In this document: positions 26,901-38,526 of the stretch, in pieces
How the letters are laid out: each line of letters opens with the position of its first letter
Position numbering within the stretch: the first letter of the stretch is position 1
Origin: Trichoplax sp. H2
Lineage: Eukaryota
DNA length: 59,358 nt
Assembly (NCBI GenBank): GCA_003344405.1
Contig: NOWV01000297.1
Coordinates: 1 to 59,358, forward strand
Direction of reading: 5' to 3'
Notes under the pieces: model-generated
Database searches by the model: none
What the model was told of the DNA's origin: nothing
The model's input: the letters and a program-made list of their open reading frames with translations, nothing else
Program-made: the position numbers and the translations under genes

Positions 26901-28138
26901 CCAGAGGTTGCAGCTGTTTTACGAATTGTCGAGTATCATCTAAGCTAAAATTGTACAGTTGTTACATACTCGTATTTAAATAAATTTGAAAATCCAAGAT
27001 TGAATTGAATACACATCAGAGTATATTACACGATTATATAGATCTTATATAGTATAAGTCGTATAACGACTACATAAGCCACAACATGTGCTGTATGCAA
27101 GAATGAGAGTTTTAGTACCTCCTATGATTTACGCTGCGTATATTTCTAAATTGCGGTCTTGGATATGTTCCGAATGGCATGATATAAAATCCTTCTCTCG
27201 ATGTTAACTGTTCATCAATTAATTTCTAATGATAATGGAATATGGTGAGAAGTTAGGTCTAGTCAAGAATTTATTGCAGGAACTCGCATAAACGAATTTA
27301 AGCGTACCAGCAGAGAGTCCTGTAGGGTAACTAATCGACCACAGCTACAATTATTGTCAGACATATCTATCAAGATAGCTATATTTTGACCATGAACTAG
27401 ACCAAATAGCTATTTAGAATGTGTTCAATTTAGAAAGTCTAGCTCTAGATAGCAGAAATTAATTCTAAGAAACGAATGGTTAAATAAAATGAGACCTATC
27501 ATCACCTTTCTACTCCCTGTTAATAACCATTCTGTTCGCCTATGATAATTGCCAATACATCTAAGTAAAATTTTAGATTATTAATTTACATTTACCAGAC
27601 TGTTTAACATATTTAATTCGTATTAATTCTGTGGCTAACTCCATCAATTTCGTTCCAAAGCCCAGCAATTTCTTGTGGTCACTGGTTCCAGTTTCAGAGA
27701 GGTCTCCTTCTGTCTTATACCTTAGTTTATACAGATACAGACTTGTCAATGCAAACATTGAATAATTCTTAAAGCCATTATAGTACGCAATATTTTCGTT
27801 AACTCAATCAATATAAGTGCAACCTCTCTTTTTCACGAGCAAAATCGGCTAAAGTTAGTTTTTGCACTTCCAGCCCATATACCTTCAGCCAATCATCAGT
27901 TATTTTATGGACGTGATTTTCGTAAATTTTTCGTTCACCTGTATTATCACGTACAGCCTAATTTATCGTTAATAGAGAAATTTATCATCATTCATCTATT
28001 TTTAGTCAATAACATTGTTAACATTTCCATTTCGACAGCTATAATTACAGCATAACAACATTTAGACCCGTAACTATAAGTTCAACTGACCCATTGATCA
28101 TAATGTTGCTTAACGGAGGTTATCTGCGAGTATTCCAT
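17934..28138 (-). CDS. VWA3A: von Willebrand factor A domain-containing protein 3A-like, ~38 exons, ~1105 aa (terminal exon tentative)
   Basis: Hand-assembled GT-AG exons with consistent phases, 5'->3': 28091-28138, 27824-27957, 27640-27720, 27506-27560, 27308-27409, 27119-27225, 26816-26944, 26569-26677, 26341-26459, 26149-26227, 26006-26060, 25919-25940, 25744-25823, 25381-25484, 25213-25290, 25047-25141, 24840-24959, 24682-24756, 24529-24608, 24182-24231, 23826-24018, 23645-23715, 23424-23471, 23223-23324, 23000-23120, 22694-22777, 22375-22469, 21676-21737, 21500-21536, 21286-21391, 21105-21142, 20776-20879, 20444-20588, 20296-20352, 19820-19914, 18998-19045, 18343-18424, 17934-18041. Peptides recognised as VWA3A-like: EWLKENGLRAQKLSIYQLLEPNSFQPTVTYVPILKK, FQWPDGSERRVHIDP, RLNWLLTGSRRVFG, TILLDASGSM...LIWEQ, IYIISDG, EFLRQLAHQNNGRYH. 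Exons 1, 11, 12, 24 and 38 are the least certain. Confidence 0.88.
18596..18845. repeat. Degenerate ~150 bp tandem duplication inside a VWA3A intron
   Basis: GCTAGA.ATTATACAAATTTT.TAC...AGTT...GAGATAATT at ~18624 and ~18771. Confidence 0.7.
21780..22330. repeat. Degenerate tandem repeat (~120-150 bp, about 4 copies) inside a VWA3A intron
   Basis: Recurring TTGAGAT.T...GGAT.AA..GTATTTCT...AATAAAATCT...AACATTTTTAA blocks. Confidence 0.6.
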
Positions 28139-29399
28139 GACTAATTATCCGGTTTAATTATCTGAAATAGAATAGAAGCTTGCTCATGAAACCAGAATTC
28201 TAAAACAGTAAGCAAACATTTTCGTAATGATGATTGTAACGTCATGTACTACACCAACGTGTTCTGTTTTATAGATGAAGAATAAAGTTGGTAATGAAAG
28301 ATAACCAAAACGTTATTTTGGATTAAATTACAAGTTGATAAATCTAGCATGGTTGCAGAGAACATCGTAGATTCCATTGATTTAATTAGGGCAATTAAAC
28401 GATATACTAATGCTAGAGCTAGGCTGACTTGAATCTTATTGTGTAGTACAGTATTAGTAGATAATAGTTCAGTTTTAGTTATCGATAATTTGTGACGCAG
28501 CATCGATGAAAATGAATTACGTATTTAATATAGTAAAGTCTAACGTCAATTTCTCCCGATAAAATACTCGTATATAAATTGAATAAAATGACTGTTGCTT
28601 ACTAAAAATGGAATCAGTTGCGATAATAAGAAGACCTACCTACTTATGAGCACTATCTTGTAAAGTAATTACCTAGTGAGTTTTCCATATCATGATGATC
28701 AGTACAAATGTTAAAATAATTCAATGGACCTTGAAAAATTGCTGTAATCCTTTTCCGGCATACGAGTACGTACACAAGTAATGCCTATAAATTCCTGATC
28801 GATAGTTTAGTCGATTTACTTGTACAATTACCGCTGTCAATCTTGACTACAAGTTTTATTCCTTTATAAACTTTGCTATGATAAAGATTGCTTCTCAATG
28901 CTAACTTGAATAAGGTCAGTAAGTGGTCAGTTATCCAATTGGTGAGTATTCTTACATTAGCGGAATGATTGTGTTGTCATTTAGGCTATTCGTGTAGAAT
29001 CCTACGAATGCTCAGTAGTGCTTATGAGTATAGCATAAGCACATTCACAGTACTTTGCCGTACTACCTATTCTACTGGGACAATCTATACGGTATGTAAA
29101 TCTTGCATAGGTCAACTACAGTACAATATTCTTTTATACCTACTTTGTGCAACTCTTTCTATTTATATTGATCATGCCAATTCGTCCTCTGTTTTCAATA
29201 TGTGGCTGCTTTTATATAGACACATGTCATGTATTCTAGTACTGCTGGAAACTGTAGCTTGCGTTGCCAACCCACGGTGCATTCATTAGCCGTAGTAAAG
29301 TGCACAAAACGTCGATAGAGATTGGTCATAGATGAAATACAAGCAATGCAAATTCCTCTACACTAAGCTCTCCATTTACAGCGGCAAATGTGGAAGAAT

Positions 29400-29413
29400 G
29401 TTGCCATGGTTAC
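29400..29413 (-). promoter_or_regulatory. RFX-binding X-box candidate upstream of the VWA3A-like gene
   Basis: Plus GTTGCCATGGTTAC; minus GTAACC-AT-GGCAAC fits the RTHNYY-WT-RRNRAC X-box consensus; ~1.26 kb upstream of the predicted ATG. Confidence 0.45.
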
Positions 29414-29609
29414 GAAAGGAAATGTTGATGAGTAAACGAACGCCTCTGATTCTGCGCATACTGCACGGCCATGATTGGAGTAAGCAAATTCATTCTGTCC
29501 AACCTGCATATCACACTATCATTTTCAGTCAAAGTTCTGTACAGCGAACAGTGGTCACAGTAGGAGTACTGCATCAATTCAATTTTTAGAGTGTCTGGTT
29601 GAAAATAGC

Positions 29610-31525
29610 TCTCCAGTACTCTGGCGCCATTTCCAGTCAAAGTTCTGCACTCTGGCACTCTCGAGAACAGGATTATAAGCCAGTTATCGCGTTGCAGTTT
29701 TAGTCCAAGTTCTATCACCTAAAGTGGACAACTAGCGAGGAAAGAAGTTGGAATAGCTACTACAGCAGCACAGCCTAGCAATAATAGTTATAATTATTAC
29801 CCGCATTGGTTATATATTACGTAGTATATGCAGTCTGTATGGACGTCCTTGTATTTTTTTACTTTACCTCATGTATCCTGCAGCATTCTAGAGTTATTTA
29901 CAGTCAAAGTTACTCGTAAGAACAGGATTATAAGCCAGATATCGCGTTGCAGTTTTAGTCCAAGTTCTATCACCTAAAGTGGACAACTGGCGAGGAAAGA
30001 AGTTGGAATAGCTACTACAGCAGCACATCCTTGTATTTTTATACTTCACCTCATGTATCCTGCAGCATTCTGGTGTTATTTACAGTCAAAGTTACTCGTA
30101 AGAGCAGGATTATAGGCCAGTAACGCGTTGCAGTTTTAGACTAAGTTCTATCACCTAAAGTGGACTACTAGCGAGGAAAGAAGTTGGAATAGCTACTACA
30201 GCAGCACAGCCTAGCGATAATAATTAATTATAATTACTAGTAGAACCTACGTTGGTTATATATTGCGTAGTATATGCAGTCTGTATGTACGTACTTGTAT
30301 TTTTTACTTTACCTCAGGNNNNNNNNNNNNNNNNNNNNGTCAAAGTTACTCGTAAGAACAGGATTATAAGCCGGTATCGCGTTGCAGTTTTAGTCCAAGT
30401 TCTATCACCTAAAGTGGACAACTGGCGAGGAAAGAAGTTGGAATAGCTACTACAGTAGCACAGCCTAGCAATAATAATTATAATTACTACCCACATTGGT
30501 TATATATATTGCGTAGTATATGCAGTCTGTATGTATGTACTTCCTTGTATTTTTTTACTTTACCTCATGTATCCTGCAGCATTCTGGTGTTATTTACAGT
30601 CAAAGTTACTCGTAAGAGCAGGATTATAGGCCAGTAACGCGTTGCAGTTTTAGACTAAGTTCTATCACCTAAAGTGGACTACTAGCGAGGAAAGACGTTG
30701 GAATAGCTACTACAGTAGCACAGCCTAGTGATAATAATTAATTATAATTACTAGTAGAACCTACGTTGGTTATATATTGCGTAGTATATGCAGTCTGTAT
30801 GTACGTACTTGTATTTTTTACTTTACCTCAGGTATCCTGCAGCATTCTGGTGTTATTTATAGTCAAAGTTCGGTACACAGGCACTCGTAAGGGCAGGATT
30901 ATGCTCTAGTACCGAGGAACTTTGGCTGAAATCAGTTCTTCAGCCCAGTAGTACCCCCCTATCGCGATGCACTTTTAGTCAAAGTTCTATCACCTAAGGT
31001 GAATAACTAGCAAGGATAGAAATTAAAATGACCACTTGGCATTAAATGTAATAATAATAATTACTAGTAGTCTGTATGGACGTACTTGCATTTTTTTTTA
31101 CTTTACCTAATGTGCCTTGCAGCATTCTGGTGCTGTTTCCAGTCCAAGTTCTGTACGCTTTGGCATTCTTAAGAGAAGGATTATGTGCCAATACTGCAGA
31201 AACTTATGGGAAAAATCAGTTCTGCGATCCAATACTTTGCCTATGGTACCCTGCAGCGTTCTGGTGCTATTTCTAGTCAAAGTTCTGTATATTGGCACTC
31301 GTAAGAGCAGTGTTGAATTGCTCGACGCCAGGTTTTCAACGCTTGTGTGAACGTACAATATGCGGCAGTCATGACGGAACCTGCGGGGAAAATCATTTCT
31401 GCAGTCTAGCATGATTAGCATCCCTTTTTCGCGATACACTTTTAGTCAAAGTTCTATCACCTAAAGTGAACAACGAGCGAGGAAAGAAGTTGGAAAGACT
31501 ACTACAGCAGCATAGTTTGACAATA
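29610..31525. repeat. Tandem array of ~260 bp units with diverged edge copies, spanning an assembly gap
   Basis: Units start with GTCAAAGTT at 29636, 29903, 30085, 30339, 30599 and 30862 (periods 267, 182, across gap, 260, 263); shared core CGCGTTGCAGTTTTAG.C.AAGTTCTATCACCTAAAGTGGAC.ACT.GCGAGGAAAGAAGTTGGAATAGCTACTACAG. Confidence 0.95.
30319..30338. other. Assembly gap (20 N)
   Basis: Run of N inside the tandem array, so the true copy number is unknown. Confidence 1.
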
Positions 31526-34500
31526 ATAATAGCCCTGTGTATATCATACTGCCATCATTTTTTGTGGTTACTGGGAGCTGGGCGATGCATTCGTCAGTAA
31601 GTGAACCTTGAAAGTGCCATTTTCAATCAAAGTTATACGCTGTTGCATTTCCAGTCGTCCCTGTTCGAGTAATATCTACCTCCTCTGGTCATTCTGCTGG
31701 TATAAAGTACATGAAGTTAACGAGCTAGAACTACACCGATGGAATCGACGCTAGGTCGACTTATTTCAGTACCTCGCAGATCATTCTATTTGGGCCATTT
31801 TTGCACTCTACTCTCAGTTGGGGGCAGATGCCATGACTCCATCAATCAATCATATAGTATGATGGAAGAAGCTCGACGGCGCCAGTGAGTACTAGGGTCT
31901 CATAGGAGTACAACACTCGACACTTTTTTTTACACTCCAGTCATTACTTATTGACTCATCGCTGGAAGTTCCTAGCCTTCATATTGGCAGTTAGCGCATT
32001 GGGGTAGTGGAGCGCTGTTCCGGGTTTTTTTATGCAGCAAGCAGCGTAGGATAGTAAAAGAGGATAGTAAGACTCGTCGATCATATGCTAGTCACGAAAC
32101 TACTATTGTTCCCCTCACCTTGCAGTTCATCGTGAGAACTACATTGATACAGTAGACATCGCTAGCTGTTCATGAGTTTCGATTTTGTGTTTAAAGCTGA
32201 GAATTTGAAGGCATCCAAGCAATCGCTTCCTTATCGACTGACTCAGATCGTAAACATCCTCAATCCATCAGACATACGCGTACACTTGTACGTAAATGGA
32301 TTAGCGGTAGATGAAACGATACTGTTCCATGGTGAGACTTGACATATGATTTTAAGCTTCTTGTAAGTATAATGAATCGCTTTCTATGTTGAATATAGCT
32401 AGCTAGGCTATTAACCTTCACAAGCACTAAGGATGCGCGTAACTCATAAGCCTTTTAAAGGAGATACCGTCGTTTTTTTTTAATTTACGTTTCAACGAGT
32501 CGATGCTCGAGGATGATATCGAATGTAAAGTCTAATCGGATACCGTAAACTGGATAGAGTAGAAACAGTTACTGCTATTCAATATTCAGAACTGAACTTT
32601 CAGTCGATTATCCCGTTTGAGTAAGAGTGTTATAGCATCGGCCGGGTAGGATAGGACTCATGGGGTTAGCCAACGAACATGGCATCCTGATAAGTAGCAG
32701 GCAAATAGTCACAGGCGCAAACAAAATATGATGTTATATAATATTTTCACATTGAAATCATGACTATAAGAAATATGTACGGTATATCAGTATTGGCCAC
32801 GGGTATTACTCTCAAACTACATGCGTCCAAGTCGTTCACAAAAATGAAATTAAAGTTGAAACAGTAAGATACAAGAACGTACAGATTCCATTTTTATAAT
32901 CAAGTACATTAGCAAGCTTTCAGCGAATACAGCGTAATGCTGTGAACGCCTATGATGATTGCTAGCAATACTGTAAAGGTATTTAAGCTTTGTATTACGG
33001 AGATGTAGCAGTATATCTTTATCACCATAATAAAACTCTAAACTTCCAGCTTATACTTCTGTAAATATTAACTGATATTAAAGGATACACTCTCATCGTC
33101 GCTTGTGCCGTACATAAGGATTACAAGCATATGCAAGCCTGGCAATGATATAAATGTCAGTGCTCCACGCATAAAGTAGCCTTATACTCATTGAAACGAT
33201 CAAATGGCTAAACTACTTAGAAGAATCCCTTCGAATTTCTCCTCCACTTTTTCGTTCAGATTTTACAGCATTATAATGCTCAAAATCTGTACCCTAACAT
33301 TATTTGTGCCATATGCAACTTTTTATATATCTACAATATACAGAATAAACCCCTACCAAAAAAGCAGGCAATAAACACTCTCATATCCTTTAAAGTAATT
33401 TATATATAAATGCTGTATGGTAATGATTGCCATTTCGTGTAAATCTCTCAAATGTTAATTTACTCAACACGATTCAATTGCCAATCCGTTTTGGATCAAG
33501 AGTAAGGTTTTATCCGATCTTAATGGCGACAAGCTGCTTCATTTCACTTCTATTGCTCCCATTAATTATAATCACGTTTCGTGGACAGAGAGAATTAATT
33601 AATTTGTAAATTTCAATTTGTTTACTAGCATTAATTATTTCCCTGAAAAGAGGTATGGCACCCTGGTGAGAGAAATACGTATGGTTTGTTTAAAGGATGA
33701 GATATAGACTTCCCACACCCCCTCTACCACTGTCCAAATTTAGAAAAGTAAGTTTGTGATCGCTCGCGCGACTTGTTGACGTCCCCTAAAAGTAAATATT
33801 GCGTTGGCAATTAATGCACCTGACGGTGTTGATTTTATTCGGAGTATACATTCTCATCAGTGAGAGGACTGCTACCACCGTGGTGTGTATATTAATGTTT
33901 GTTAAAGAATTTAGCATTAGCGAGTAAGATTATATGTATAGTTTTTATTATTATTATTAAACTATTTGTCTAGTCGTATCTTGTACAAGTTGTCCTTACG
34001 ACATAAAGGCTAGCACCTTACAATGGAGACAGCTTTAATAACCTAGAATAGGTACAAAATGCGAACTACATTATTGTACACTGTACAGTAAGGAGTCGCT
34101 TTGATGTGTCAGTACAGTATGAAGAAAAATTCGTATCGTAGATCTACTAGCCGTAAAGACTAGAAGAAATCTCACTGATTCTCTTCTACGATATCATCGA
34201 TATGGATAGTATAATTGAGTTTGACACGATCAATCCCCATTGGATAATATTGTCCCATGGAAGGATCGAATAAATCACATTGACTATCATCATCCTAGCA
34301 AATATGAAAGTCTTTCGTAATGATGAACATCGTATGATATTTTAATCACTCTGTTGAAAAAGATATTGTCCATTCTATGTTATACTATCGATGCAGTCCT
34401 TAGCAACCCAGTGAAAATAATATCAGCTGTCGTTTGATATTATAATAACAAGAATTTAAAAGTTATAGAAATTCACTCTTAAAGGGTTAACTGGACTACT

Positions 34501-36639
34501 GCGGTTATGATCAAGAACTCTACGACAGTATCACTACCATATAAAAAGTCATGAACGACGTTGTAGTTTTCACTAAAAGAAATGGATACTATTCGACTTA
34601 AAATACTAAGTTATACAAGGAAATGGACAGCATTGCTAGGCATTCTTTCGTCAATGTGATGAAATAATTTCGAAAATATTGCTCTGATTGGATATCCTAC
34701 ATTGCGGGTGTATTTTCTGCCATAATCCGATATAATGGTCTGATACCCAAGTCAATACATACAGTACATCGATTGAAATGATATTTTCATATATTTAAAT
34801 TTATAGAAAAGTAAAAGTATATCCATTAATTATTCATTTATGAGTGGTTTAATATTGCGGCATCTTTTCAAATTATTATACCAATTGTATTGATTGCAAT
34901 TGTCTCCGTGGTAAAGAAAGCCATCAAAGCATGTTGCAGATGCCGAAATGTATTCACATGCAAATGATCGAAAAGATCAAAGGCTGTATGAAATATAGAT
35001 ATAAACAATCTGTCAATCATTTCCCATGAAAGCAATTTACATTTAATACTTTAAGGTATGGCTTAGCCGTTTAAAAATTCTTATTCATTTTCATTCATCG
35101 TCAAGATATTAATTGATGGTATACCGGCTTAGATTAAAGTTAGCAAACATCGTCGAGAAATAATGATTGCGATCGTAGCTGCAGGACATAAAAAATTAAT
35201 AACTGTCACGATCTCAAAAATAGCACTCGTCAATTTATCCATCGGTAATCAAATTTTTTTCCCATTACTTGAAGCAAGAAAAAAATAAGCTGATATTACG
35301 CATAAACTGTTCATAACTATTCGTCGATTATCAACAAGATCGAGAGTTATAACAGGAATAAAAAAATCTTCTCTCATCATACAGACTGTGGATCCATTAA
35401 ATAATAAAATGATAACACAATCGAAACTAAATACGAACGGTAACTGGCAGAAGCATTTAATTCCAGGGAAACTAAGCATTCTTTTCTACGTATAACAACA
35501 TCCCATAAACTAATTATGCTCGTACAAGATGCCGTATGTTGATACTAGATCGATGTGTATTCATGATGTGAATCATCATGATAAGTGTAGAATGGTAGAA
35601 TAGGGGATTACACTTAATTTTATGTAATCTGACACGCCAAAAGTATGAAATACGAACATTTAATTAAATAAATTAGATTCACGTAGTATGTACCAGTATG
35701 TCATGATTCATGTTTATTTGTTAAGCTATAGTCCTCCCTCAATTTAATATTCAACAGATTGACAGCGATAACTTGATGATGCACTACCCCAAAGTAAAAT
35801 CCCGTGACATCATCTTAATATTTAATAAAACAGTCAATATTGCTTGTAATTTATTACTTTCCCATTGCTTGAATACATCAATAGCGACGATTAAATACGT
35901 GCATAGCCCACATGCCAATATTTTTTACATCATTTTATTTTACAATGGACCAATCATTTGTAGTCTATTTCCAATAGCATATTTCTTATTTGTTTACTAG
36001 ATAGAATACAAATTGTGCTGGTTATGATTGTACCAGCGATCATCAAAGTTTCCATAATAATAACAGTAAACGTAAATAGAATGGCGAAATGCTATTACGA
36101 CCCAGTGGAAAATTAATTAATTTCTCTGGGATGAGTACTCTACTTTAATCGGCATCATTGGCCGATCCAATCATTTAATTTTGAATCGGCCCTTGGTACT
36201 TTTCTATCACACGTAGAAATTGCATTCTTTAGGAAATGATGGTATCTAATTTGCCTCCAGCCTAAGAACAAGAAAATAGTAATACGTATCTCACGAAAGC
36301 TATAAATAATTATTACAGTAAAAATACTTTAAATCTTGCCCTTTGGTATTGTTATTTCTATTGAAATGATTAGTCACTACATGAACCCTACGTATGATTA
36401 TGTACCAATCTGCCTAAGAAGGAAAACATTATTTCCGGCACTCTATAAAATTATCTTAATCATTATCTTGTCTTACTGGAGTGCTTCATTAAAAAAAAAA
36501 AAGATTCCATTCAGTTTTCTACAGTAATTTACTCGTACATTAAAAATTGGATGGCTAAATGGTAATATTAGTAATCAAAAATAAATTACTGTAATAACTT
36601 AATAGCAACTTGATTTCCCTCTTGTATGATACAAAGTTC

Positions 36640-36701
36640 CCATCATCAGGAAAATACAACAATAACTACACAATTTTTATTTTTAAAGAGTTATTTTTAT
36701 T
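36640..36701 (-). terminator. Candidate polyadenylation site of SoxE
   Basis: Minus strand has two AATAAA (36701-36696, 36681-36676) followed by GT/T-rich TTGTGTAGTTATTGTTGTATTTT; implies a ~1.85 kb 3'UTR. AATAAA is common in AT-rich DNA, so this is tentative. Confidence 0.35.
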
Positions 36702-38526
36702 TGGTATATCTGCAATACAGTGTACGGCCTCTACGTTTTTCATATCGTGACCATTAAAATTATTTACAACAATTGATCAAAGTGGCATAGAGAAGAAGTT
36801 AGTTTAAACTTTTTCATTTGTCGACTTGATCGTTCTCTATGGCAAAAAGAATTCTACAGAGATAAAATTAAAACAACTTATATCATTATGAGGTACCGGA
36901 TATGAAAATAGAACATCAGTACCATGATGATGCTAGACATTGCTGCAATGATACTTATAAATATAACTGCAAAGATAAAATGCGATGGAGTGTTAACAAC
37001 AACTGAAAATTCTAAATTATAGAATCGATTTTTCAATATCATCTTGTAGGCTGTTTATAGTCATACAAATCACGTTATCAGTGTAAATAAGGCCCATCTA
37101 GATTACAACTATCATCATTACTTCCAATTAATATTATATGCTATTACCATCATGATGAAATAAAATTAATATTTTAAACATATCCTTAGTGGCTATAACT
37201 TTTACTTTGACACTAAAAATGAACAAGTTAAAACTTGATATCAAGCTACAGTTAAAATATCTCCGTATGTCATAAGCGTGACAATATTATAAATCTTTAT
37301 CCTATTCTCTCTATAAATAAAACAGACAGAATATTTTATCCAGTGCAATCACAAATTTATAATCCAATCAATACTTTAAAATGGATGGAGTTCCAAAAGT
37401 TTATACAACATTTTTTTCAATGCAAAAACTTTCTCCATCGCCAACATGTCCTTCTACTAACCGTAGATTGATCATTTATAGAGTCAATACAATACATTTT
37501 GTTAACTTCTTATTACAGAAAAAGTACAGGAACGATTATGGAACCATCGCTTAGCTAGCTTCGGCTAAGCCAAAGATGGTTTTCTTGTTGCTTAATGTTA
37601 GCAAGATACGAAACAAAATCAATTTTCAATCATCCAAATGAGATTGAATGTAGAGTTAAGTTAGACGTAAACTATTAGGCTTAGAAATCAAAGCTTAGTA
37701 CGGCTAAAATGATGCATTTTTAAATGTGTCATTTTAATGCCTTTACCATCTATACAGATGGCCAACCAGTTTCATTGAGTTCAAAACAATACTTAGTAAT
37801 CAAGTCGAATATCAATTTGAAATATTGAACTTCACTACATCGGTACTGTCTCAAATAATACATGTTTACAAGCAGTCGCTTTCTAGAGAATAGTAGAATT
37901 GAGGATTGTATTTATCGTAAGTTATACTTATTATTACATTAATAAAATAAAATAGTCTAAGATTAAAATCGCTGTAGCCAATTTCGAATTTGAACGATAA
38001 GAAAAGAAAGAGTTGTGAAGAAGAGATACGAGAGAGTGAACGGCAGAGAAAAAAAGAAAAAAAGTCCGAAGCAAAGTATAACATTAGCAATAAGTTAAAT
38101 CAAAACAACAGCAAGATGGATGTTTGTATCATAACAATTCACTGTCGTTGCTTGTACTACCTATAGAGTAGTCTATTTTCTTTTTTTCTTTCACCTCATC
38201 GGATGAAGAGGATCAGATTGGGTTGTTTCAATCTTTTTATTTCTATTCTTCCTTGCCTCATTTTTTCATGGCTTCTTTTTTTTTTTAGCTGTGTCATTCT
38301 TTACGATCAACGTGTTTAATAAGAGAAAGCAATTTTTTTTTCTTCTTTTCATTTGAAAACAACTTGATCGCTATGGTTCAGGAAGAAAAAGAACATTAGA
38401 GTGCCAATCTTTTCTTTGAACTATGCAACCATGACAGTGTTGAATCGTTAGCCATGATAAAGAATTGTAAATTAAATTGTGTAGTGTATTCTTCTTCTTC
38501 ACCAACTAGTATTTATCGCCTTGAAG

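Noticed and set aside
20409..27758. Small ORFs at 20409, 22239, 22321, 23142, 23818, 24512, 24786, 26532, 26792 and 27573 as separate genes
   Set aside because: They are exon read-throughs or antisense shadows of the VWA3A-like gene
28969..31439. Short ORFs in and around the 260 bp array
   Set aside because: They overlap in several frames and strands, have no recognisable domains, and the repeat periods mostly break frame; they are by-products of higher GC
31990..32032. Hairpin AGCGC...GCGCT followed by a T-run, as a Pol III RNA or terminator
   Set aside because: The stem is only ~5-6 bp, with no tRNA fold or A/B boxes
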